Assembly (NCBI GenBank): GCA_024277435.1
Contig: JAJRVJ010000009.1
Location: 1,226 to 65,225, forward strand
Direction of reading: 5' to 3'
Length of the DNA: 64,000 nucleotides
Source of the DNA: Patescibacteria group bacterium
Lineage (GTDB): Bacteria; Patescibacteriota; Patescibacteriia; UBA9570
The first letter of the stretch is position 1. Each line of letters starts with the position of its first letter. Below the pieces are notes generated by a model. The model made no database searches. It was not told the DNA's origin and saw only the letters and a program-made list of their open reading frames with translations. Position numbers and translations under genes: made by a program. Shown here piece by piece: positions 21,705 to 32,849 of this stretch.

Positions 21705-22821
21705 AATCTGTAACTAATTGAAGAAATTGTTCACTCACCACGGTAATATCGTGGTGAGTTTTTGCATACACGTATGCTTTCTTACTCATTACATCTAATT
21801 GCTGCTCATTATTTGAAACCTGCTGAATAACCTGTATTAATTCTTTATCTGTATCAGCAATTAACCCAAAGTTATGCTTTTGAAGAATATCATCAGGATT
21901 CACCCCGCGTGAAATAATTGGCGTACCGTGTTTTGCGGCCTGAATATACGTATTAGGAAATCCTTCCATACTTGATGTATTCACAAATAGCTTAGCCTTA
22001 GCGAAATATTCATCTATATCATTAAGCGGTACGCTCTCTATAAAATCTACATTCGATAATTTCCCGGCACGTTTACACCACTCTTCATATTGTTGCGGAT
22101 AATTACCAGCCGGCATTATCATAATAAACCGTTCATCAGGCAAAGCTTCTGCTGCATCAAGTAGCCGCTCTGGATGTTTCCATGTTTCGCCTCGGCCAAC
22201 CCATAGCACGCCATCACGTTCATTCATTGGTACTATATCTGTAGGAATTTCATAAGCTGTTGATAATAATGGGCCTTTAATACCATAATTATCCTTTAGC
22301 ATTGTTTGCTGATTGTTATTTTGTAAAATAACCAAAGAAGCATTACGCATACCCCATACTCCTAACTTACCAATGAGGCCTCGTTCCCGTTCAAACTGAC
22401 CAGATACATCCCACTCATGAGCCACCATATACACAAACTTCTTTCTGAATACCTTGCAGTATAGCGCTGCAAACCCTGTTTCTGGACCCATAGCGCGCTG
22501 AATATATATATCTGACTGCGATCTATGAAGTTGCCAAAAAAAACGTACTAGGCCAGTAATATGAGAAAAAATAGGAATAGCTCTACTAATACGCAATGTA
22601 CGTCGTAATTCAATATTCTTATACTGCGATACCTCAGATGATTTGCCTGAAGTTAAAAAAACAACTTTCGGTTTTTTATCTTTGCTAATAGTGGTAGCTA
22701 ATTGATACAACTGCACTTCCGCGCCTCCATACGTAACGCCTTCCGATGGAGCAAATAATCCATAAGCGTAATATGCAATAAAGCAAATTGATTGTTGATT
22801 ATCTTTATTGTTTGACATCAA
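21697..22821 (-). CDS. GT4 glycosyltransferase
   Basis: GGAEVQLY, LWVGR, EGFPNTYIQA. Confidence 0.88.
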   Translation of the reverse strand: MMSNNKDNQQSICFIAYYAYGLFAPSEGVTYGGAEVQLYQLATTISKDKKPKVVFLTSGKSSEVSQYKNIELRRTLRISRAIPIFSHITGLVRFFWQLHRSQSDIYIQRAMGPETGFAALYCKVFRKKFVYMVAHEWDVSGQFERERGLIGKLGVWGMRNASLVILQNNNQQTMLKDNYGIKGPLLSTAYEIPTDIVPMNERDGVLWVGRGETWKHPERLLDAAEALPDERFIMIMPAGNYPQQYEEWCKRAGKLSNVDFIESVPLNDIDEYFAKAKLFVNTSSMEGFPNTYIQAAKHGTPIISRGVNPDDILQKHNFGLIADTDKELIQVIQQVSNNEQQLDVMSKKAYVYAKTHHDITVVSEQFLQLVTDSI

Positions 22822-25162
22822 ATAACTTTGTTAATACTGATCCGTTACGCGCAAATGAATGATTTTTTAACGCATACATGTACGCATTCTCTACATATGT
22901 TACTACGTCTACATCCTTTTCCATAACACGATGCAAAAGATCAATGAGTGTATTCTCATCACCTTGAGCACACCACCCCATCTTATGCGACTGTAATATA
23001 GTATCAGGATCAACATGCAACGAAATAATAGGGCATCGATGTAACGCTGCTTGCACAAACGTATTTGGAAAACCTTCGCTTTTCGAAGTGTTTATAAATA
23101 CTCGAGCTTGCGCAAAATATTGAGATATATCCTGAAAAGGAACATTAGGAATGTATTGCACATTATCCAGCAAATTAACTTTCTTACGAACCTGTGCAAT
23201 TAACTCTTGATCAACAGTTTCGGCCATGATCATAACATACCGATACTGAGGATACTGCTCTGCTAATCGCAAAAATATTTCCGGCTGTTTTACTGCCGCC
23301 GCACGACCCACCCACAATATAGTATCTCGCTCTGATACTTTCGTACCTTCTAATTTCTTTGTAACAAAATATGAAGAATAAATTAAAGTGCTGGAAATAT
23401 TAGGCATCATTATTTGTAATTGTTTATGCTGATCATCACTCTGTGTGATAACTGCATTAGCCTGCTTCATGCCCCAAAATGCAAATTTCGTTAGCAGATC
23501 ACCTTGCCTCCGATACTTCATATCAACTTCACGATCATGAGCGATCATATAAATAAATTGTTTACGCATTATTTTGCAATATAGTGCGATCATACCTGTT
23601 TCTGGACCAATAGAACGCTGTATAAAGGTAGTTGCGCCACTAAGTTGCATGTGATGCCATAAACGTATCATGGCAGCAATATTAGAAACAACGCCGTACT
23701 TGCGTTGCGAAGAAATGGATTTATGTACAACAACACCATCATATTCTTCAATAGTAAATTTCTTAGCGCCCTGAGTAATAACGTGTACAGAATAACCTTG
23801 TTCAAGTAAATATTTAGACCACAAGTATAGCTGCACCTCAGCCCCGCCATATTTTATACCCGCATTTGAATTATATAACCCATATCCATGGTAGCTGACC
23901 ATACATACATCAGAGCGTTGCTTACACTTTTGCAAATAAGTGCTTATTGTTAATCCAGCAGATAACAGTAGTAGTGGATACAAGGGAATACCATAACGCG
24001 GCACTGCATTAAGAGGCATATAAATGACAATATGATACAAAAAAATAACAGAAAAAACTGTATAAAATATTGAAAATTTCTTAAACTGAAATACCCCAAG
24101 CAACGCCAGTGATAAAATAATAACTTGCACTGTAAAAGCTAAAACTAAAGCTATGCTGGCTATAACATTGGATTGTAATGCCCCCATTATTAATAACGTT
24201 TGCATGCCTTCTGGTTGAAATAAGATTTTTAGAGGCTTTTTTGCGTATACCACCGCAACAGCTAAAGGATCTTCCTTGATATTTTGCAAAGTCATTTCAC
24301 GCAACAACGCCTCCTGTTCATCCACAGTAAGTGATTTATCTTTCACTTCAGATAATGGCCATATATGGCCCTGCCAATCCCCGTCCCATGGAACATAACT
24401 TCCTGTCCAATAAATTGCGCCACCACCCTGTCGCCCAAGCACAAATTCGTCAAATTGTATTGCATTACGAATGAACCACGGGCTCACAACAGCCGCAAAG
24501 ACAATGATAAACACACTGCTATGGACAAAAATAGTTTTTATACTACGTGTCCGTCGCTCTACCAGCCAAATGATACCTACCATAAGTAACGGTAAAAATA
24601 AAGCAGCCGACCGAGTTAATGCTAATAATCCTATAGCCATGCCACTAACAATGAACCATCTTACCGTCTTTTTATCTAATGCCAACAAAAAAAGAAAAAT
24701 ACATAGCACCAACAATGCTGCATATAACGTTTCTGTCATTATCTCACCAGAATAGACTATCACCGCAGGAAACATTCCAAATGAAAATGCAGCAATAATA
24801 CCAGATTGATTTGATAAAAATTTCCTACCAATCCAATATATTCCCACACACGTAACTGCCGCTAATAAAGCCTGAACAATTTGCGGACCAATAATCGAAT
24901 GTCCAAACATTGCATAAAGCGGCGCTAATATAAATAATGAATACCCTGGTTCACGTTCTGCGCTAGGGATGCCTGAGGTAACTGATAAGCCATCCCCCTG
25001 CACAACATTCCAGGCCATAGCGTCAAAAATACTGGAATCATTCCAGTGCAAAGGCGCTATACCTAAAGCAATATATGACAAATGTATCACTGCAATCACT
25101 ACAAAAATTGCAAGCGAGACATATCGTGGCGGCATTGTCGTAAATACTTTTTTTAGATTCAT
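22805..25162 (-). CDS. Fusion: ArnT/PMT-like GT-C membrane glycosyltransferase + GT4
   Basis: N-half is multi-TM with REPGY, GEIMTE, PWFIRN and PRY; C-half has GGAEVQLY and EGFPNTFVQA. Confidence 0.85.
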   Translation of the reverse strand: MNLKKVFTTMPPRYVSLAIFVVIAVIHLSYIALGIAPLHWNDSSIFDAMAWNVVQGDGLSVTSGIPSAEREPGYSLFILAPLYAMFGHSIIGPQIVQALLAAVTCVGIYWIGRKFLSNQSGIIAAFSFGMFPAVIVYSGEIMTETLYAALLVLCIFLFLLALDKKTVRWFIVSGMAIGLLALTRSAALFLPLLMVGIIWLVERRTRSIKTIFVHSSVFIIVFAAVVSPWFIRNAIQFDEFVLGRQGGGAIYWTGSYVPWDGDWQGHIWPLSEVKDKSLTVDEQEALLREMTLQNIKEDPLAVAVVYAKKPLKILFQPEGMQTLLIMGALQSNVIASIALVLAFTVQVIILSLALLGVFQFKKFSIFYTVFSVIFLYHIVIYMPLNAVPRYGIPLYPLLLLSAGLTISTYLQKCKQRSDVCMVSYHGYGLYNSNAGIKYGGAEVQLYLWSKYLLEQGYSVHVITQGAKKFTIEEYDGVVVHKSISSQRKYGVVSNIAAMIRLWHHMQLSGATTFIQRSIGPETGMIALYCKIMRKQFIYMIAHDREVDMKYRRQGDLLTKFAFWGMKQANAVITQSDDQHKQLQIMMPNISSTLIYSSYFVTKKLEGTKVSERDTILWVGRAAAVKQPEIFLRLAEQYPQYRYVMIMAETVDQELIAQVRKKVNLLDNVQYIPNVPFQDISQYFAQARVFINTSKSEGFPNTFVQAALHRCPIISLHVDPDTILQSHKMGWCAQGDENTLIDLLHRVMEKDVDVVTYVENAYMYALKNHSFARNGSVLTKLFDVKQ

Positions 25163-25164
25163 AC

Positions 25165-26403
25165 TTATGTATGTTTACGATAATTCGTTACAAAGCTAAA
25201 GGTATCAATCACGCCTAAACCACTCAATAACAAAATAAGAGGGTATAATGGCACTGCATAGCGTGGCACTGCATTTAATGGTAAATACACTATCACAAAA
25301 TATATCAGGATACACACTGTAATAATCGCATAATTTCTATACTTCGAAAAACGTAACATACCAATACCGGCTAATACTAGCAACACACAGTGATATACAT
25401 ACAATATAATTGCCATTAACGTCATGAATGTATTATTATTAAAAGCACCGCGCTCTAATGTAAAGTGTAGACCTTCAGGTTGAATAAATATCTTAAGAGG
25501 TTTCTTAAGATATAACCAAGCCACTGTGAGTGGATCCTGCTTAATATTTTCAATAGCTCTATCTATCATTTGAGCATCATGCTCAAAAAAATCTGCACCT
25601 GTCCGATATTCGGTAAGCGGCCATATATACCCTTGCCAGTCACCATCCCACGGAACATAACTTCCTGTCCAAATAATTTCTCCACCACCTGTTCTGCCTA
25701 ATAATACCCTATCAAACATTGTATAATTTCGTACAACCCATGGCGTATATACTGCTAAGCTAATCACACCAATCACTATTCCATACCTAATACTAAATCG
25801 AACATTTCTGGTTATTAATAACAACACTACTGGTACTATACCAATTAATGGTAATGCAGCCATGCGAGTGAGCGCGGCTAAACCGAGTAATACCCCACCT
25901 AATACGAACCATCGTGTCATTTTCTTCTCTACACCTACTAACAGCACATATGTAAACGCCGTTAATAGTAGCATAAACCAAGCTTCAGTCATGATTTCAC
26001 CAACATTCACAATAATAGCTGGATGAAGAGCAAAGATGAGAGCCGCAGCAATGCCCGCATTTTTAGATATAAATCGTTTTCCAATAACAATTAATAATAC
26101 AGCCGTAAAGGCGCTCAATAAAGCTTGAGCTACCTGAGCTGCAAAAATACTATGACCAAAAATCGCATACACTGGAACAAGTACAAAAAATGCATAACCG
26201 GGCTCTCGTAATGCATCTGGAATTCCTGGTGTATATGTAAAGCCATCACCCTGAACAAAATTCCAGGCAGTAGCATCATAAATAGCAGAATCAAACCAAT
26301 TCAATGGAGCATTTGTTAGCGCTACATACAGCAATTGAACGGCCACCACCATTATAAATACACCTATCTCAACTTTATACTTTCTTAATACGCTTATAAA
26401 CAT
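25165..26403 (-). CDS. ArnT/PMT-like GT-C membrane glycosyltransferase
   Basis: DSAIYD, REPGY, GEIMTE, PWVVRN, VPRY; many TM helices. Confidence 0.85.
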   Translation of the reverse strand: MFISVLRKYKVEIGVFIMVVAVQLLYVALTNAPLNWFDSAIYDATAWNFVQGDGFTYTPGIPDALREPGYAFFVLVPVYAIFGHSIFAAQVAQALLSAFTAVLLIVIGKRFISKNAGIAAALIFALHPAIIVNVGEIMTEAWFMLLLTAFTYVLLVGVEKKMTRWFVLGGVLLGLAALTRMAALPLIGIVPVVLLLITRNVRFSIRYGIVIGVISLAVYTPWVVRNYTMFDRVLLGRTGGGEIIWTGSYVPWDGDWQGYIWPLTEYRTGADFFEHDAQMIDRAIENIKQDPLTVAWLYLKKPLKIFIQPEGLHFTLERGAFNNNTFMTLMAIILYVYHCVLLVLAGIGMLRFSKYRNYAIITVCILIYFVIVYLPLNAVPRYAVPLYPLILLLSGLGVIDTFSFVTNYRKHT

Positions 26404-27655
26404 TACTATACATATTATATACTACCGGAGCAGCTGGGATAATCAATAGAGCCATAATGGGAACATTATATCGTGTAACAGGATTTAACGGAACATAAAT
26501 GAGCGCCGCAAATATTAGTACAGATAATAATCCAATACGTACAGTGTGATCCATTTTTTTATTACGTAGTAATCCAAATAATCCAATAAACAATATGAAC
26601 CAATGAAGTAAAATCATACTACCAGTTACTACCCATAATATTGGATTTCTATTCTCCAATAGTGTAGTACCCGTTCGATTTGTGTAGTTTATTGATTCAG
26701 GAAGTAAGTAGATTTTAAATGGCTTTTTGAACCAGATCCAAGCTACGCCTAATGGATTCTCTTTAATATTTTCAATAGCAGCAGCAGTAAATTTCTTATC
26801 ATATTCCTCTCGCGTAAGATCGCCACGAATTTCATCGATAATTGGATCATCTATTCTCCACTCGCCATCAAAAGGAATATAGCTACCAGACCAATATATT
26901 TGTCCGCCACCAATTCTTCCAAAAATAAATTCATCAAACAGCACATAATTACGAACCAGCCATGGCGCTACCACAATACCTACCCCCACCAACAATAAAC
27001 CGCTATACAATATAGTCTTTTTTATATCACGCAATATAGCAAATATTCCTACAATAAGAAAAAAGGGTAGCACTATCGCACCCCAACGAACCAACGCCGT
27101 ATAACCCAACGCTAACCCAACGCTAAATATTAACCAGCGTGACTTACGTTGCAACGCCAAAATAAACAAAAACAATGTTACTAGCAACCAAAACTGATAT
27201 GGAGCTTCAGTCATAATCTCACCATGCTGAAAAATAAACGGCAAGTACAAAACATACAACATGCCTCCAATCAACGCGGTGCGTTCCCCCATATATTTGC
27301 GCAAAAAATACACCACCATTAACATCATTGCAATATCTAATAGCAATTGCACAACAGCAGCCATCTCCACAGAATGACCAAATAATACATATGTAGGGAC
27401 TAATAGAAACAAGGCATATCCTGGTTCACGAAAAGCAAACGCCACCCCTTCTTCATAAACATATCCATTCCCCTCAACTACGTTCCAAGCCGGAATGTCG
27501 TACGCTGGAGAATCTCCACTATACGGCGTTAGTGGTGGATTATAACTAAAAAAATACACCGTGCGAATAATTAACGCACAAAGAACCAAGGCTATTACAC
27601 CAGTTCGGAAAAATACTTTACTATTTAAGGAATTTTTTTCCAATGCGGATTTCAT
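26375..27655 (-). CDS. ArnT/PMT-like GT-C membrane glycosyltransferase
   Basis: DSPAYD, REPGY, GEIMTE, PWLVRN, VTRY. Confidence 0.85.
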   Translation of the reverse strand: MKSALEKNSLNSKVFFRTGVIALVLCALIIRTVYFFSYNPPLTPYSGDSPAYDIPAWNVVEGNGYVYEEGVAFAFREPGYALFLLVPTYVLFGHSVEMAAVVQLLLDIAMMLMVVYFLRKYMGERTALIGGMLYVLYLPFIFQHGEIMTEAPYQFWLLVTLFLFILALQRKSRWLIFSVGLALGYTALVRWGAIVLPFFLIVGIFAILRDIKKTILYSGLLLVGVGIVVAPWLVRNYVLFDEFIFGRIGGGQIYWSGSYIPFDGEWRIDDPIIDEIRGDLTREEYDKKFTAAAIENIKENPLGVAWIWFKKPFKIYLLPESINYTNRTGTTLLENRNPILWVVTGSMILLHWFILFIGLFGLLRNKKMDHTVRIGLLSVLIFAALIYVPLNPVTRYNVPIMALLIIPAAPVVYNMYSNVYKRIKKV

Positions 27656-28325
27656 TCCATAAACACTTTAAAAATGCGATACCTGTTGGAATTGATTTAG
27701 CGTAGCTTTCTCCGCCAATGCGCTCACCTTCGTTAGTAGGAAATTCAATAATATTCTTACCCAATTTCATGCAACGAGTAGTCATTTGATATTCAATAGT
27801 ATACCCAACTGCATCTTGATTGAGCGTTCGAAATAGATCTGTTTTAAAACCACGAAATCCATTAATACTATCCGTTACGTAGTTGCCAGATTTATTGAAA
27901 AATAGATTGATCAACCAATTAAAGGCATTATTAGCCCACTTTCGCATGCGGAAGAATTGCTCATCTTCTTCATTATGAGCCCCCTTCATCATACGTGAGG
28001 CAATTACCAAATCCGCATTATCTTCTTCAAAATATTTTTTGAATTTCTTAATATCTTCAGGATCCTCATTTCCATCTGGGCTATAAATAATCATTACATC
28101 ACCTGTAGCACGCTCTAGAGCAACGCGAAAAGCTTCACCACGACCCTTGCGTGATTTTTGTTCTACTACTTCTACATTATGTTTAGCAAAAAACTCCAGG
28201 GTTCCATCAGTAGAGCCACCATCAACTACAAATGTTTCATCAACTGCGTCCATTGGAATTTTATCCAGCAGTGCAGTAACTCCGTCAATTTCATTATAGG
28301 TAAGAATAACTAGGCTGTATTTCAT
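27621..28325 (-). CDS. GT2 DPM1-like polyprenyl-phosphate sugar synthase
   Basis: LTYNE, VDGGSTDGT, SPDGNE, DSINGFR, ERIGGES. Start moved to ATG 28325. Confidence 0.85.
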   Translation of the reverse strand: MKYSLVILTYNEIDGVTALLDKIPMDAVDETFVVDGGSTDGTLEFFAKHNVEVVEQKSRKGRGEAFRVALERATGDVMIIYSPDGNEDPEDIKKFKKYFEEDNADLVIASRMMKGAHNEEDEQFFRMRKWANNAFNWLINLFFNKSGNYVTDSINGFRGFKTDLFRTLNQDAVGYTIEYQMTTRCMKLGKNIIEFPTNEGERIGGESYAKSIPTGIAFLKCLWNEIRIGKKFLK

Positions 28326-28329
28326 GATA

Positions 28330-29316
28330 TTAATATGGTAGTGAATTTTTATGTTCTTTATACCACTCGATAGTATTGCGTAAACCATCTTCAAGTGACA
28401 TCTGGGCTTTATAATCTAATTTTTCCGCGGCTTTTGTTATATCACAATGGCGTCGCGGTTGGCCAGTTGGTTTTGATATATCAAATTCAATAGCTGTATC
28501 CACACCCGATAGTTCAACAATTTTCTCTACAAGATCTTTGATAGTAGTTTCTTCATCAGCGCCAATATTTACTACATCACTCTCGGCATATTTTTCACAT
28601 ACCTCAATTAAGCCACGAGCAAAATCTGTTACATACAAGAATGATCGGCTAGCAGAGCCATCACCCCACACTTGCAAAGGATTTTCTCCATCAATTACGC
28701 GTTTAATAAGTGCTGGAATAACATGACTAGATTCTGGATTGAAATTATCGCGCGGACCATAACAATTATATGGGCGAGCAATACCAACCTTCATTCCATA
28801 TTCACGATGATACGCATCTCCAAGAAATTCTTCCATACGCTTTGCCCAACCATAGCCTTCATTGGTAGGTTCTGGGCGATCGCGAAATCCTTCCGCTTCT
28901 GGGGTTGGAATTTCACAATGCCGTGGATACACACAAGCAGAACTTGTTACTAAAAATCGCTCAACTTCTGCATGACGCGCTGCTTCAATGACGTTCATGA
29001 AAATTTGCAAATTATCACGAAAAATTGAACCAGGATGCTTAATGTTATATTCAATACCACCAACATTAGCAGCTAGATTCATCACAATATCTTTACCCGC
29101 GGCAATTTCTTTTGTACGTTGCGCATCGAGTAAATCCGCATACACAATTTCAACATCATTCTTAACATCACCAAGAAATTCTACATAACTTTTTTCTGAA
29201 CGCACAGGAACACTTACGCGCGCACCTCGTTTTACTAACATTTCCACTAAGTGTGAACCAATAAATCCAGCCCCACCTGTAACTAATACCTTTTTCCCGT
29301 CGTAAAAATCTACCAT
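28330..29316 (-). CDS. fcl: GDP-L-fucose/colitose synthase-type epimerase-reductase
   Basis: GGAGFIG, LAANVGGI, SSACVYP, PEPTNEGYGWAK, SHVIPALI, VWGDG. Confidence 0.82.
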   Translation of the reverse strand: MVDFYDGKKVLVTGGAGFIGSHLVEMLVKRGARVSVPVRSEKSYVEFLGDVKNDVEIVYADLLDAQRTKEIAAGKDIVMNLAANVGGIEYNIKHPGSIFRDNLQIFMNVIEAARHAEVERFLVTSSACVYPRHCEIPTPEAEGFRDRPEPTNEGYGWAKRMEEFLGDAYHREYGMKVGIARPYNCYGPRDNFNPESSHVIPALIKRVIDGENPLQVWGDGSASRSFLYVTDFARGLIEVCEKYAESDVVNIGADEETTIKDLVEKIVELSGVDTAIEFDISKPTGQPRRHCDITKAAEKLDYKAQMSLEDGLRNTIEWYKEHKNSLPY

Positions 29317-29319
29317 ATA

Positions 29320-30495
29320 TTATTGATCAAATAAATCAAGTACGCCAGAGATTTCTTCTTCTGTAAGTTCAGGATTATTCCCAAAGTAAAAACCTTGAAC
29401 ATGAATTTTATGAGCATTCTTCAATTCACTAAAATCACCAATACCTAACTTTTTGAAGAATGGTTGCTCTACCATAGAACCACCAACAATTGGACGAATT
29501 TCTACACCATGATCCATCAATAGCTTCGTATAATAATCAAAAATATCTTGATCCTTACAGATAATCGGCATAGCAAAATTTGAAACCACGTCCATATGAT
29601 CCATATTTAACATTTCAAACTTATCACTATGCTTTTCTAAAATTGTCATGAAGCGCTTGAAATTATCCTCTCGCTTCTTTGTAATTTCATCTAAATACTT
29701 AATCTGTACATGCCCTAGGAAACCATTAATTTCTGTGGGACGTAGGTTATATCCAAGCGTATAAAATGTATACCGTGAATAAAATCCATCAATACCATTT
29801 TCTTCACGAATCTTTTTCTGATCAGCTTCCTCTAAATTACGATCCCAACCATGGGATCGTACCATCCGTAACATCATGTCTAACTCTTTATCATCCGTAC
29901 ACACCATACCACCTTCGATAGTAGACATATGATGCCCTACGTACGTAGAGAATGTACTCGCTAATCCGAAGTTACCTAGTTTTTTACCCGCAATTTCAGA
30001 ACCAAGTGATTCGCAATTATCTTCAATAAGAATAATATTATTCTGCTCACAGTACTCAGCAATCTTATCAATATCGGCAGAAAATCCTAAGAGATTAGTC
30101 AAAAATACAGCCTTAAGTGGTGTAGCCTCATGCGCTTCCTGCACATAACGCTTTGAAGCATTTAAATTATCAAGCTCTACTTCCAATGGCCGGATACCAA
30201 TGTTTAACTGAATCATTGGGGTAACATTTGTAACCCATGTTAACGAAGAAAACCCAACCGTATCATCCTTTTGCAGCTTACCCATATTAGCCAAGGCCTG
30301 AATAAGTGCTAAGTTGGCTGAACTACCACTATTATACATAGTGCAATATTTGCGACCTTGATATTTTGCAAAATCTTCTTCAAACTTCTTTACCTCTGCA
30401 CCAATACTTAACTGTTCAGCGCCAGCAATAAAATCAATTAGTTTCTTCTTAGTATCTGCCTCATTATAAAATGTAGATTTGATGAGTTTAATCAT
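29320..30495 (-). CDS. colD: GDP-4-keto-6-deoxy-D-mannose 3-dehydratase (DegT family, His-type)
   Basis: NSGSSANL, EDNCESLG; FSTYVGHHMSTIEGG has His in place of the PLP Lys; HGWDRNL, GYNLRP. Confidence 0.8.
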   Translation of the reverse strand: MIKLIKSTFYNEADTKKKLIDFIAGAEQLSIGAEVKKFEEDFAKYQGRKYCTMYNSGSSANLALIQALANMGKLQKDDTVGFSSLTWVTNVTPMIQLNIGIRPLEVELDNLNASKRYVQEAHEATPLKAVFLTNLLGFSADIDKIAEYCEQNNIILIEDNCESLGSEIAGKKLGNFGLASTFSTYVGHHMSTIEGGMVCTDDKELDMMLRMVRSHGWDRNLEEADQKKIREENGIDGFYSRYTFYTLGYNLRPTEINGFLGHVQIKYLDEITKKREDNFKRFMTILEKHSDKFEMLNMDHMDVVSNFAMPIICKDQDIFDYYTKLLMDHGVEIRPIVGGSMVEQPFFKKLGIGDFSELKNAHKIHVQGFYFGNNPELTEEEISGVLDLFDQ

Positions 30496-30504
30496 AGGTA
30501 TATG

Positions 30505-31497
30505 TTATACAGTATCTTTAGCAAGATTATAGTTATCTGGCTTCATATCAGCATCCACCATAATTTTTACCAAATCTTTATATTTAGTTTTAGCAACCCA
30601 GCCAAGTTTTTCCTTCGCTTTTGTTGGGTCACCCAATAATAAGTCTACTTCCGATGGTCGCATATACTTCTCGGATACTTCTACATGATCTTCCCAATTC
30701 AATCCGGCGTAACTAAAAGCCGCTTCTACAAATTCTTTTACAGTATGGGTTTCACCAGTGGCTAACACAAAATCATCCGGCTTATCCTGCTGCAACATTC
30801 TCCACATACCTTCAACATAGTCTGGAGCGTATCCCCAATCACGTTTAGCATCTAAGTTACCTAGATATAACTTATCTTGCTCACCACGCTTAATCGCACC
30901 AACAGCCCGCGTAATTTTACGAGTTACAAACGTTTCACCACGGCGTGGAGACTCATGATTAAATAAAATTCCAGAGCAATTATACATATTATAAGATTCT
31001 CGATAGTTTACTGTTATCCAGTGAGCATACAATTTAGCCGCCGCATATGGGCTGCGTGGGTAAAACGGTGTAGTTTCCGATTGTGGCACAGCTTGTACTA
31101 AGCCATACATTTCTGAAGTTGAAGCTTGATAAAATCGGGTATTCTTTAAGCCAGCACTTCGAATAGCATCCAATAACCGTAATGCACCAACTGCAGAAAC
31201 CTGCGCTGTATATTCTGGAACTTCAAAACTTACTTGCACATGACTTTGTGCGCCTAAATTATACACTTCATCAGGCTTAATAGTGTTCATCAATTTTGTT
31301 AACACCGCTGAATCTGCTAAATCACCATAACTCAATTTCAAATCGTCAAAAATATGTAGAATACGACCCGTGTTAAATGAGCTCGAACGACGGATAATGC
31401 CGTGCACTTCGTAACCTTTTTCTAATAACAGTTCCGCAAGATAGGAACCGTCTTGTCCGGTAATACCGGTAATGAATGCTTTTCGTTTATTTGCCAT
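30505..31497 (-). CDS. gmd: GDP-mannose 4,6-dehydratase
   Basis: [46 protein letters not shown]. Confidence 0.97.
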   Translation of the reverse strand: MANKRKAFITGITGQDGSYLAELLLEKGYEVHGIIRRSSSFNTGRILHIFDDLKLSYGDLADSAVLTKLMNTIKPDEVYNLGAQSHVQVSFEVPEYTAQVSAVGALRLLDAIRSAGLKNTRFYQASTSEMYGLVQAVPQSETTPFYPRSPYAAAKLYAHWITVNYRESYNMYNCSGILFNHESPRRGETFVTRKITRAVGAIKRGEQDKLYLGNLDAKRDWGYAPDYVEGMWRMLQQDKPDDFVLATGETHTVKEFVEAAFSYAGLNWEDHVEVSEKYMRPSEVDLLLGDPTKAKEKLGWVAKTKYKDLVKIMVDADMKPDNYNLAKDTV

Positions 31498-32479
31498 AAA
31501 GTAATTCTGCGAGGAAGGCTAAGGACTGTGTTGTTTCCCGAATTTCGGTAAAATCCTTATCTTGAACCTCAAGATTAATAGAGTATTCTTTATCTGGGTT
31601 AGATTCTAAATGATGCAATAATTCACTTAATTCCTGCTGATTTTGCTCACCAGCATTAAGCGCCAGTCCACCAACTGGCATCGAAGCCTTATTCTGCCAT
31701 AAACCCGTAGAATCGGCAAGGTGAATATGGCCGAGTCCAGCCCCTAAATTTTTAACTACCGTGAGATAATCTGGCTGCACCCCATGCTCATAAATACCCA
31801 CTATTTGATCACGTATAGCAATCAATTTAGGATCAATCTTGCCATCACGGGTAATCAGGTAATTCCAGAGCCGGCGCATCATATCATAATGACAAATATC
31901 AAACGTTACATCGATACCAGCTTGAGTGGCTGCTAATAAATCTTGAAATGTTACTAAACAAGGATTAAATCGCATATCATCAGCATTGTCTACTGTATCA
32001 GCAAATAACGGTAATGGCATATTCTCTAAACAAAACCGAATGCCTGGAAATTCATTCTGCAGTTTCTTAATAGAAGCAAATATTTCCTCATACAAAGCAT
32101 CGCGCCATGTATTAGTAGATTGCTCTGACTTCCAATCCCTAAGTAAATACGCTAATTGTGAGTGCACCACAACAATACCTGCGCCAATTTCCTGTGCAAT
32201 TTCGGCAGTAACCCGCATTTTTTCTAAACCAGCTTCCGTGCGCGGATCAAAAGCTGTATGATCACCATCAATTTGCGGAAATGGCACATGCACAGAAATA
32301 ACAGGAAACGAAAACTGCTTAAGATTAGCTACAATCACATCCTTTTTCGTATAATCATCCTCTAATAAAATAAGCTCCCCGCCTAATCGTAATACGCTAG
32401 GAGCCGCTGCAAGCATTGTTTGACGGGCAGCAACATCATGTGCCGCCGCTCCCCGCATGGGGGTAAGAAATCTAATCAT
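31487..32479 (-). CDS. Sugar-phosphate isomerase/AP-endonuclease-2-like TIM barrel protein
   Basis: HVPF, VVVH, LENMP, FDICH, HIHLAD and LEV metal-ligand pattern. Confidence 0.65.
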   Translation of the reverse strand: MIRFLTPMRGAAAHDVAARQTMLAAAPSVLRLGGELILLEDDYTKKDVIVANLKQFSFPVISVHVPFPQIDGDHTAFDPRTEAGLEKMRVTAEIAQEIGAGIVVVHSQLAYLLRDWKSEQSTNTWRDALYEEIFASIKKLQNEFPGIRFCLENMPLPLFADTVDNADDMRFNPCLVTFQDLLAATQAGIDVTFDICHYDMMRRLWNYLITRDGKIDPKLIAIRDQIVGIYEHGVQPDYLTVVKNLGAGLGHIHLADSTGLWQNKASMPVGGLALNAGEQNQQELSELLHHLESNPDKEYSINLEVQDKDFTEIRETTQSLAFLAELLYGK

Positions 32480-32490
32480 TGAGCTATGGC

Positions 32491-32847
32491 TTAGCCCTTA
32501 GTAACAAAATAAATACCTAAAATAATAACGCCGGCACCTAGCCATTGCCAACCATTTACTTTTTCTTGCAATACTATCATTGCCAATAAAATACTAAACA
32601 CATACGACATACCCATAATTGGATATGCATAACTTACATTTGCTTTCGATAAAATCACTAACCACAACCCTAGAGAGAAGCCATATAACACGGTACCGCC
32701 TAATATAAAAGGATTAACAGCTGCTTTCAAAAAAAATTGAACTAACTTATCTGGATCCAGTACCCCAACCTTATTTACACCTAATTTCAATACAATTTGT
32801 GCTGTAGCGGTAATAATAGCGTTAAATATAATGAGTCCAAATACCAT
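32491..32847 (-). CDS. Small EamA/ArnE-F-like transporter (putative lipid-sugar flippase)
   Basis: 4 TM helices; AQIVLKLG, WLVILSK, VSYAYP, LQEKV...GAGVIILG. Confidence 0.8.
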   Translation of the reverse strand: MVFGLIIFNAIITATAQIVLKLGVNKVGVLDPDKLVQFFLKAAVNPFILGGTVLYGFSLGLWLVILSKANVSYAYPIMGMSYVFSILLAMIVLQEKVNGWQWLGAGVIILGIYFVTKG

Positions 32848-32849
32848 AC

